A stretch of 61,307 bases of DNA, filler included, from Dimargaris cristalligena (taxonomy: Eukaryota): assembly GCA_003614675.1 (NCBI GenBank). It is 3 parts of 3 records of this genome, joined end to end, with 100 filler letters (N's around TTAATTAATTAA, not from the genome) between each part and the next. Parts side by side here need not be neighbours in the genome. Positions count along the whole stretch, not along the records: positions 41,033 to 61,307 come from ML002702.1; 2 more parts are not named here. One strand, 5' to 3'. Below the pieces are notes generated by a model, which had not been told where the DNA came from, did not search any database, and saw only the letters and a list, made by a program, of their open reading frames with translations. Of the stretch, positions 50,819 through 61,307 are shown piece after piece (positions within the stretch are counted from its first letter, which is position 1; every line of letters begins with the position of its first letter). The translations under genes were made by a program, and so were the position numbers.

Positions 50819-52007
50819 GGCGGCAGCAATGTTTATCCGAGGGAAGGTCTAGGGAAATGTACGTCAACGTGGTGGTCGATCGGCCGGATCACAGCCCCTC
50901 CCCCCACCCGCAGTTCGAGATGCAAAGCGGTTCTTCTCCCCCCTTTGTTGGTGGAGGTTATTTAGGACACTGATGCGCCTGGGGTTTCGACCTTCATGGC
51001 ACTCGATTCCATAGGCAGTGGCTGAGCGAGGAGCCACCCTTCGGCGATACTACCTCCCTTATTAGTTTTTTTTCTGTAATATATACCACTCTATATGGCT
51101 ACTGCCTCTAAATCGCCTGACGATCCCATTAAACAGGGTTACACTAAACGGTTACTGCGCTGCCCTAATAGGGCGTATGTACGTGAAAAGACAAATAAGT
51201 GAAGCTGACGAGGTGCGGCCCCTGAGTGAGGTGTGTACCCCTTCCTTCTTCTTCTCCTCCTCCTCTTTGAATTGACTAATGGCCCATTGGGTACGTAAGG
51301 GGAACAAAAGGAGGCTTAGCGTACCGCCCTCATACACAGTGGTATCGAGAAGGCTCCAGCCGGTGCGGGTTAATAATATATACAAAGGGATTATATTTAC
51401 GGTTATGCTACAGGGCCACCTCCTCCGACACCAAGTGACCTTAGCTTGTGGGTATTGGTCGGAGAAATAGGCCTCCTCTCTCTTTTTTGTGAGGCGTGTG
51501 TGTTATATCACGACGAACCGCGGCGCATCCACAGTGGGCCGTCGGGCGGTTGCTATAAAGATCCCTCCCCGCCCTTATCAGCTGCTGGGCACACTGCTCC
51601 ACCGTCCCACTTGGACCAAACTCAGGGTTCCCTTATTAATTTCCCCGCTTCGCCTACCTGTCATTTTCTGTTTAGCTGGTCAATACCCCTTCATTATCCA
51701 TCTTCTCTAGTCTCGGCTATTTTGACACCCAAGACGACGAAGAGTCTCGTCTGCTTCCTACGGTATAGCATCCACTCTGGCCCACTAGATAGCACACATA
51801 TCAACTTTAGCCTCTTTAACCCAGGGTTTTCAGGGTCCACCCTCTTTAGTCCCTCTTATAATATTTTTTCCGCGTTGCCCAGATACCGGTGTGTCTCTTT
51901 ATCCCGCCGCATACCCCACGTCCTTCTGGAGCTCTACTCTACTCTATTTTCTCTGTTACCCAGTCCATCGCAGCCTGTGACGATACACCTACGGGTTTGC
52001 TACAGTG

Positions 52008-53180
52008 ATGGCAAATGCACACCCCTCGTCAACATCTTCCCACCGCGCAGTGGGGCTTGCCACCAAACCCCGCCGCAACATCCGGGGTCTGGGCTTTGAC
52101 GTAAGTTTCTTACCTGGCTTGGTTCCAGCCCAAGTTCCCCATAGGCTTAGTCTGTAGGGGGATTCTTGTTCCTCCTCCTCTTTGTCTACCTCTTCTTTCC
52201 CCTACCCCACTTTTGTATGGGGACAGTATGCTCTAGTCCCTCCCCCCACACCCCTAGCAATTCAGTTGCCCCGCTCTATTTCAACTTGGGGCCCCTGAGC
52301 AAGTCTTGACTGCCAATCATTGGGTTTCGGACTCTGGTGTCGGCGCGGCAGTTCCCGCTAATCCCATTCAAGCTCCGCTCTAATCTTTCTTAATCTTCTA
52401 AACCTGAATATACTTTATATTTCCTCTCTATCTACCTTTGGCATCCGGGCCCGTTGCTGCACTCTATTGCTACTGCTACTGCTAATACCACTACTGTCGT
52501 TATTGTTATTTGGCCTACCCCGGTCCCTTTTAACTACCACCACCACCCCACTTAACACCGATCCTTCTTCCTCTTCCCGTTGGTAGGAACTCAATTGGCG
52601 TACCATGGAATCCCCCGACGACAGCGACAGTCCCTTTGGGGTTCGCGAGTACCTCCAGGGCCAGGTGTCACAGAACCCCACGTTGGTCAGCAAGCTGGTG
52701 TCACTGCCCTCCGGCGTCGACCAGAACGTTTGGGTTTATGAGCACACGCGGCAGATCTGCATCGAACTCAATTACTTCCTAGGGTACCTCCACGCCGAGT
52801 GTACCCTGGAGTCCTGCCCCGAGATGATCGTGGGCGAATGGCGGTTCCTGTGTGCGGGGCACCGCCCCCCTCGCCAGTGCCCGGCCCTGCACTATACGGT
52901 ACATACCCTCGACTGTGCTATTGAAACCCTGGCCGACGTGCGGCAGTTTCCGCACCTCATTGAGATTCCGGAACCGTCCGTCCGGGCCCTGCGCGATATC
53001 GCCCGGCGGTTCGACCGTATCTTCGCCCACTGTTACTCCAACCACCGCCAAACCTTCCAGTCGTTTGAAAATCACTATCATACGTACGCCCGCTTTAGCC
53101 TTCTGATCCAGCACTATAATCTGGTGGACGAGGGAAGTATAACCATGCCTGAGCTGGCGAGGCGGTACTCCATGGCTTAA
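52008..53180 (+). CDS. MOB4: MOB4/phocein (fungal MOB-3, STRIPAK subunit)
   Basis: Exons 52008-52100 and 52587-53180. Motifs PRRNIRG, VWVYEHTRQICIELN, CPEM, WRFLCAGH, CPALHYTVHTLD, RRFDRIFAHCY. Confidence 0.88.
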
Positions 53181-54110
53181 ACCGTTGCCATATTAAATAT
53201 ATTCTATTCACGTATCCCTCTAAATTATATATTTCGGTGGTGCATCACATTGTTTGGTAGCCCACCTTCCTTCCTTCGTATCCGCTTTACTTCACTGTAT
53301 TTTTATTTAATCCGCACGGTTCCGTTCACCCTGCAATCATTTTCTCCATCCCCCCTCCCAGTAAACAAATTGGAAATTGGCGGTGCCACATCATTTGTTC
53401 AATCATTGGGGCGTTTGCCAAGCCAGGGATAATGAGCTGATCAGTGATTGGTATGCACCGCCTCTTCTGGTAGGGTTGGTGTTTATAGCATGGGGGGGGG
53501 GGCTTATGTCCCGTTTGGACCTTTACCAAGTCTCGCTCTCTAATTTACTACAGGCATGCCATTCAAATAACCTACTAGCCGCAACTCTCATCATTTAGTT
53601 AGCTAACAATTCACCAATTAAACTTATTAGTAGGTGGGCGCTGATCATTCGTCGGAATCGACATTTCGGCCAGATTTTCTACTGCCATGGCAGTAAATTC
53701 ATAATCAATCCAACCCTGGACTATAAAAGGCATTGGATAACCAACTAATTTATTACAGTAGGCTGTTAAGTACAAATTAGTCGACCGGCTGCTAAGCGTA
53801 GCTAGTCGTTTTAAATAAAGTCTTGTAAAGGAAGCACATGCTAAACTGATGTAGTCAAAAATCAGTGCGTGTGCATACAAACCATTACCTCATTCTATCA
53901 CAAGTAAGAAGAAGGCATATTCCAGCTCCGCTTCTGCGGGCCACTTCACTCTCCTCATCATTCTTGCCCGCGCCTTCCATATATCCACAAGCATGCCTCA
54001 CCTTTCCCCATTAGCCACATTGAGCCCATGAATGCATTTCCCCTTATCGAATATCTTTATTTCCCTTGATTCCATACGAGTCTACTAAATACCATCGGTA
54101 TACCACCACC

Positions 54111-56595
54111 ATGTTCCACCTCTTTGACATGCTGGTGCTGTCCTGCTCGCTAGCGAGCTTCTTCATGTTTGCCTGGGTCTTCCTGGCGCATTCGATTTTC
54201 CTCGACTACCGCCAGCAACTCACCAACCGCGGTGCCCTCGACCGCCACACAGGGGTCCAGGTACTGTTTTCGCTAACCTTGGCCTTCTCCCTGACCCTGT
54301 TCGAGCTCCTCATTTTCGAGATTACGGATGTCCTGGACCGCGACGCCCGGTGGTTCTGCTGGAAATTGAGTCTGTACGCCATTCTGATTCTCGTCATCGT
54401 GGTCCTGCCGTTCTACCAGATCTACCTCCTGCTGGCCCACCGCGACCCCGAAGCCCAGGGCCGCGCCCAGTCCCTGACCGGACGCCACCGCCTGGTGTTT
54501 ACCACCATCCTGTGGCTGGTTTACCTGTACTTCTTTTGGCGGGTGGGGGAAAAGTTCCCCATTCGGAACACCCCCGTGGGCAGTGGACCGCAAAGTTGGC
54601 TAGCCATTGAACCGGCCATGGCCCGCGTGGGCGTGTTCGGCGTCACTATCATGGCGATTCTGTCGGGGTTCGGTGCCGTCAACAGTCCCTACACGACACT
54701 ATTCGTGTTCATTCGCCGGGTGACCGACGAACAGATTCGCACCGTGGAACAGAAACTGGCCCAGACTACCGCGTTGGTTCAATCCACGACCCAGCGACTG
54801 GCGGCGGAACTCGACCGGACGGCCCGCACTCAGGCCCAAAGTGGGATGGTCCAGCGGGCCTTCCACTCCCTATCCAGCACGGTGGGGCTGGCGAATAATC
54901 CTACTGCCCAACTCCAGGAGGAAGTACGGCTCCTCGAGCAGATTCGTCAACAGATTCAGGCCGACTTGGAGACCCTCCATTTCGAAAAAATCCGTTACGA
55001 GGAAACGGCGACCCTTAAAAGTCGCTACTTTAATTTCCTCGGTTACATATTCAGTGTATATTGTATTTACAAGGTGTTCATGGTAAGTATATAATTACAA
55101 GAATGATATTGTCGGATATCTGAGGAGGAGTGGTATCGTGATGTGTATACAGCCCCCAGCCCCCCCGGTAATACACGGAATGTAAATGGCTGGGTGGCTT
55201 CTTCTCAGGCCCGTCGGCTTCCTATACCCATTAACAAGTCTACTTTTACGCTAATCAACCCACTAATTCTCCTCCGAACCTCCTTATAATCTCCCATTGT
55301 GTTATCATAGGCGTTCATCAATATTCTATTCCACCGCATCGGGAAAACCGATCCCATCACCTATGGGATAACGCTGGCCGTCACCCACATGAATATCCAA
55401 AACCTCGATGTCCCGTTTTGGTCCCAGCAGCTTAGCTTCTGGTTCGTTGGGGTTATGGTCGTCTGTTCCATCCGGGGCCTCCTGATCCAGATTATTAAAG
55501 TAAGTTGCTCAGCACTGCTGATATTTGCTTCACGAAACCTTTTTTTTCTTAAAAAAAATATCGGGGCCTGGTTTCGGAATCTAAGCCACCCTCCAATGTA
55601 GGAACTGGGCGTAGATATACCGGTCGTTCCCATAAACAAAAAACCGCCCACTCACTATAAACCCACAGTGCGTGTCCGTTGTTTAATGGCCCATCTAACC
55701 ATATACGTCCATTGCATGTATATTGTGGATATCGGACCTGAATTGTTGGGGGGACCCTTTGGTAGTTTTTCAAAACATTTACCCGAACCGTGTCCCCAGC
55801 CAACGTTGTCCTCCTGCTGGCCCAGCTAATGGGAGTTTATTTCCTCAGTTCTGTCTTGCTGATGCGAATGAGCCTGCCCCCCGAATTCAGGTAAGTTGTA
55901 TTCCGATAATGGTGGTTGGTGATTTTTTTCCTTGTCCAAGGGTAAATGGCAGATTGACAGATGTGACATACGGTCCAGCTGGCTGTTCCCAAGGTTCAGT
56001 CGCAAAGTTCCCAGGCCACCCACCGTAGAGTTGGAAATACAGCAGGAGCATCTTTCCTTACCAAGTCCACGGCCTATTAACCAGCGAAGTCCATCACTAT
56101 TAGTGTTGGTAATGGTCATGCATTAGATTTCATTGGTACACAAATAATCCGGGTGACGTATGTTTTATATTTTTCGAATTCCTTGATTTTCCTCCCTACC
56201 TTCGGTAACATATATTCCCTCCACTCAGATTGATTATTCAGGATGTTTTGGGCACGATCGAATTCCATTTTTACCAACGCTGGTTCGATGTCATTTTCCT
56301 GGTGAGTGCGCTGGCCAGTATGGTGTTTGTGTATTTTGTGCACCAGGCCCAAATGGATACCCACCAGGCCTTGGCTTTCGGCGATGACCAGATTGACCCC
56401 GCCGACTGGGAGTCCATCGAGCTGGGGACCCGGCAGCCCCGCTCCCATGTAAATAATCCCTACAAGTATGACGATATCCAGCTCGGGGGTCTCGAGGGCT
56501 GGCGCCAAGCCCCCGATGATATAGTGGAGGGCAGTACCTCGGCCTACGCGGCGGGGAGTGGCTCGTCCCGGGGACGGCCCCGTGCTGGCTGGTAA
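54111..56595 (+). CDS. GPR89: Golgi pH regulator / GPR89 (GTG-like) multipass membrane protein
   Basis: Exons 54111-55082, 55311-55499, 55766-55890, 56229-56595. Motifs LFELLIFEI, FFWRVG, ARVGVFGVTIMAILSGFGAVNSPY, GYIFSVYCIYK, FWSQQLSF, LAQLMGVYFLSSVLLMR, FYQRWFDVIFLVSA. Confidence 0.93.
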
Positions 56596-59500
56596 CGCAA
56601 CGTTAAAACACTGGGTCCGCCTAGACTACCCCCGGCGCCTTTAGCTGACACAAGGCGTACCCAAAATGAAATACTCGATTTTCGCATGTATGTGTCTCTT
56701 GTACCATTCTCATTATTCCCCGGCTTACCTGTGATTATGGTTTGATGATGATGATGATGATATTGATGACCGCCACTGGGTCAATGGTTGACCTCTGACT
56801 CTGTACAGTAAAACAAAAAAAACGACGCCCTATTAATACTCCCATATATTTAAGAACCGGTTGCAGTGTATTGTCCATGTGTGTATAAGTATATATCTGT
56901 GTTTATGTTTCATATGGCTGGACGGGTCAGTTGTGAATGAATAATTCCGAATATTTTGGCCATGAGCGTAAACAATGGATTAGAGCAAACTGTCAAAAAT
57001 ACAAAAGATACGGCTATCCAACTTGGGGGAGTGTGTAGAACAGTCTAGACGAGTTTTATAGACCCATCCACACTCACAGACACACACATCCACACCAGTA
57101 TTTTTAGGCAAGGATGGGGCCATTAAATTAACGATTTTCACCTGAGAACTTACTACACTTGGCACTCTATACGTCACACTAGCGGTGGGCCATCCGTCGA
57201 TACTCTTCATTCACAGGCAATCGAGTGGGCGCGTGTTTCAGGTCGTGGTAACCCAGGAGTTGGAGGCTCCTGGTCTAATATACCCTAAATAAATCTTATT
57301 AGAGTAAAAATGCCGGTGGGACATTTGGGTAATAGGAGGGAGATGTGTATTAGGCACAATGGGTACCCCAATGTATTGAATACCGGTATAGCTAGTGGGC
57401 GGAACTGCCGATTTAGCCCTTGATCAGACTATCTTAATTCTGCGTGTCAGTTTTTTTGTCGCTGTTTTTTATTATATATATATATAATTTTCTACAAAAT
57501 AAAAGCGTGGAGCTATTGCGAGCGGGATTATGGAGATGGGATGCGGTTAAAATGGCCGCAAAAGGGAAGTCAGGATTATCTTGGAAAACAACGGTTACTT
57601 TCGCGAAATTTAGCCACGCCGGGCCCAAGTGGGTATACTCTATAACGGGAAAAGGCGGGAGGGGGGCCTAATTTGGTCGATTATGAAACATATCGAGCGG
57701 TTTTGGGGGTAGTCTCCATCTGGGTGGCAGCGTGACTTGAAAAGGTGCTGGGGATGGATTTGCAGAGCTCTTGGTTGGCTGAGAGATCTCAGAATACACC
57801 AACCGTATGGTGGGCGGGGAGGGGAAGTGTGAGGGAGGGATGGTGGGGCTCATGAGTAGACCCAATTTGAGTGAGAAAGTTTTTTTATAAAGGGGGGATT
57901 CCGACTGACTGGGTAGGGGGAACAAAGAACCGGCTGGCTAAGGGAGGTGGGGTTGGTATACAATGTGAATGTACCATGGGCGGTTTGTTATTTGAGTTAG
58001 AGTAGCGTGGAACGGGGGGTTGTTGGTGACATTGACGTGTATAGTAAGCCACTTGGCGTGTGACAGCTGGCCATGAAGGGAGGGGAAAAGTAAGAAGGTT
58101 GGCCGTTTTTGGCGGGTCGATTAATTCCGAATGTAAGGGAGAGGAGGACACGTACATGTGGACTATTCTCCCCACCTGATCAAGGACCGGCGCTTTTTAA
58201 TAGTGCCAAACTGGTAGTGGATCTTAGGCCAAGTGCTGGAGTAGCTGGGGAATGTACATCATCGAATCCCGCCAGTTTGGTGCCTCCTGCGTGGCCCCTC
58301 CACGAGAAGGGTATTCTCCGCACGTGGTTTGAGTGAAGGAACGGTAGACAGATACTATATTACTGCCACCGGCAGAGCAGTGTTTCTGATGCAAATGGTT
58401 ATATTTAGTGGGGAGAGACGCCAGAGGTTATAGTTGTGTTGATTGAAGCGGGGAATAGCCAACACCTTTTCCCCCCTTTTGCAAGTTAGGGTTAGTGAAG
58501 GCAATCGGCGGTGATTGGTTTGAGGGTGACAGCCAATATACCCTTAAGCGGACATAAATAAACGGTGATCACGGTGGTGAATAGAGTGTTGGTTTGGTCG
58601 AGACGGTACCCTGACTGTGGGCGACCCAGTCCCTCAAGACCGCTGCTCCATTTAAACGCAGACCAAGTGAGGGGGAGTGAAGACCATACATTATACCGTG
58701 GTGTGGGAGTAAAAATACGACAGCGACACACCGTATTGGTGGGGGGAGATGTGAGGTAGGGGCTGGGGATGAGAGACAGACTGATAGAGTATGGAGCCCC
58801 ACCTGTCTGTCTATCTGGTAGGGGTTATATGTCTATTGGAGGAGGAGGATAGGATAGGACACAGTGCATGTGAGGGTTGATGGGGTGACGATCTGGGGAC
58901 ATGATGAAAGAGACTCACGGTAGGGACGGATGTTTTGAGGCCACGGCAAGATGATTCCCGATCCGTCTCTAATTAGTTACTGCGACGAATCTGCGTGCGC
59001 CTAGAAGCTTTTAAGGGCTAATGCCTTAAAGCCGTGCGAGAGGCTCATAAGGCCAATCTACCAACGTTAGGCCCTGAGGCACATCGCGATCCCAAGCGAG
59101 TGGTGATATCCGAAGGCATGGGCATCTTATAAAAGAACATCTCCACGGCAAATGGAGTGTATGTAGAGCTTATCCGAGCGATACGGGGGCATCTTGCAGA
59201 CCCTCCCATTGGTCTTTCATGGTAAGATGTTGCCAAAAAGCTCTGCTTGCGATTAGGACAATCCCTTGTCTAAACTATAATACTAATAATACAATATCAG
59301 AATGCCTGGTTCAATACCGGGCCACTTCCGCATAGGCTGATGAAACGGACCTTGTCTGCGGTCCAGCGAAGCAGAACACGAAGAAGGGGGGAGGCGGATA
59401 AAAAAGAAACAGGCTTTGTTATTCAACGTTGGTCTAAAGGATTGGCGTACAGGACGACGATGGGGGAAAATAGCCAGCTGGCCTTTCTAATCACAGTGCA

Positions 59501-60338
59501 GCGGGAGCGGCGCCGATCCCTGCAGTTGCCCAGCCAAACGGTCAGCGATCTGATAGTTGGGGTTCATAATATATAGTTGCCTGTGGCCGGCCCAAGCACG
59601 GCCCACCTTTGGCCCTGCCAGTCCGATCCGCAATTTGCTCATCTCTTTCTGTATCATTCAATAAGACTAATCATCTATTTTCTCTCCCCCGCACTTTATT
59701 TGGTCCTGCTTGAATTGATTCATGGCCATCTTTAATACCTCAACCTTACTACTACAGCCTTAATACTTTACATATATATATATATATATAATATCTCTCT
59801 GTGTCGTTTAAATTATCCACCACCCTAATTGCGTATCTTTATTTCTCCAACTGGCCCGGGTATTTTTATTCACCGACTACTCCAAAACGAATACTTAATA
59901 CAGTTGACCCTCTTCAGTGCACTTCCTCATCCCGCCCCACTGCTCTCATTCCCCGCCGCTCTCTCTTTCTCCCTCTTTTTCTCTGCATATTCTTTACTCT
60001 GCATTGCCTGGCACTCATCTGTCCAGCACCAGCCTCATTCCCCCACCGCCGCCCATTATTCGCTTGGCTACTGGTTTACTTTGTCCAAACCCCACTCTCT
60101 GGGTCGCGCCACCCCTGACTATACCCCCTTCGCATATATTAACCCTACTAATTCCGAAAAGTCTATTTAGCCCCGTTACCCGGCTTGTCTTACTGTGGCG
60201 CTCTAGTTCTGCCTCTCCCTGCACCGCTTCGCTGGTGTCCGTGTGCAGTGTAGTTCCCTACCCTCTCCCTATTTTCCCCGCCTTTTTGTTATTTAGCACT
60301 GGGCCCCACCCCTTATTGTATATTTATGGTTAGCCTCC

Positions 60339-61191
60339 ATGGGGAATGTGGTTATCAAAGATAAAATCGACTTTACCGAGGAAGGTATGTGCATGGCCCT
60401 TGTCTGGTTTTTCGCCTGCTTTGATTATGATCCCAACTGACTCGGGTATTGCTTATCGGCTTATTCGGACTAAGCTATACCGCCGACTGTCATTAACCCT
60501 CGCCTCTTTAACTTCATTCTATTGATTTGTTTCGGACTGCCTCTATCCCACCCTGTACTGCTTTAGTTAACCTGAGGCACTTTAGCCTACTTCGGAGCGT
60601 GGGCCGAGGGAGTTTCGGCAAGGTAAACTTTTATCATGTTTTTACTCCTACCTATCAAACGCCTCATGTCCCATTCACACCCATCACTTGTCGGGGTTAC
60701 TGTGCCACATACCACGTATATAGTCTCCAACATTCCCGGTATTTTTCCCACCGTCCTCGTTGTTTTAACCACCCCTTCTCCCACCCATCAATCCATACAC
60801 TACTACCATGTCTGATTTGCTGCTATCCAGGTTCGCATTGTAGAACGCAAAGATACCAAAAAACTCTATGCCCTCAAGTATATTTCCAAGGCAGAATGCA
60901 TTCGAATGGAGGCCTTGACCAATGTGATTCGGGAGCGGAATATTCTGGAAGAAATCGACCATCCGTTTATTTGCAACTTGCGCTTCGCCTTTCAAGACGA
61001 CGACTACATGTACATGGTCATCGATTTAATGATGGGCGGTGACCTGCGCTTCCACATTACTCGCCGCCATTTCATCCAAAATGTCATTCGCTTCTGGATC
61101 GCTGAGCTGGCCTGCGCCGTCAATTATCTACACGAACAGGGAATCGTTCACAGGGATATCAAGCCCGATAATATTCTACTTGACGAAAAAG
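60339..61191 (+). CDS. AGC-family Ser/Thr kinase, STK32/YANK-like, 3' part outside the window
   Basis: Exons 60339-60384, 60567-60622, 60831-61191 give MGN...[72 protein letters not shown]. Confidence 0.9.
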
Positions 61192-61255
61192 GCAAGCCTC
61201 TATAATGATTCCGGAGTGCTCGCTGGCATCTATCCATCAGATAATAACTTCAATA

Positions 61256-61307
61256 TGGGTGAAGTTCAGCTTGGCTGTATAAGAGTTTAACTGATATGTG
61301 TATGGGA
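61256..61307. mobile_element. Second MITE copy (truncated by the window end), inside the kinase intron
   Basis: TA-TGGGTGAAGTTCAGCTTGGCTGTATAAGAGTTTAACTGATATGTGTATGGGA matches 2425-2478 with four substitutions. Confidence 0.75.

Noticed and set aside
51446-52099. 217-aa ORF upstream of MOB4
   Set aside because: Non-ATG start, pyrimidine-rich 5' UTR composition, out of frame with the true first exon.
1-61307. CRISPR arrays, rRNA genes or prokaryotic operons
   Set aside because: None seen; the sequence is intron-containing eukaryotic DNA and the tandem repeats are simple microsatellites.

Overview
Eukaryotic fungal genomic DNA with spliceosomal introns (mostly GTAAGT/GTAGGT...YAG). The gene set (GPR89, STK32/YANK, MOB4, ACSF3-like, PI31) suggests an early-diverging fungus; this placement is inference. 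The window joins three unrelated ~20-kb contigs with artificial N44-TTAATTAATTAA-N44 linkers (20499-20598, 40933-41032). Contig 1: a GT25 glycosyltransferase (5' truncated), a Kelch-repeat single-pass membrane protein, guanine deaminase, and an 8-exon ACSF3-like acyl-CoA synthetase with a 12-nt microexon. Contig 2: tRNA-Asp and tRNA-Glu surrounded by three solo-LTR-like elements, a secreted F-box-like orphan, a small TM orphan, Rrg7/DUF2034, an aldehyde dehydrogenase, an Sds3-like protein, COQ3, a small secreted precursor with an acidic pro-region and an Arg/Trp/Cys-rich tandem-repeat C-terminal peptide, and partial MTR4. Contig 3: a partial SET-MYND gene, cytosolic HSP70, PI31, MOB4/phocein, GPR89, and a partial STK32-like kinase. 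A TA-flanked MITE occurs in contigs 1 and 3. The best novelty candidates are the putative antimicrobial/toxin peptide precursor (37997-38437), the secreted F-box-like protein (23830-25561) and the tRNA-associated LTR island (21144-23595).
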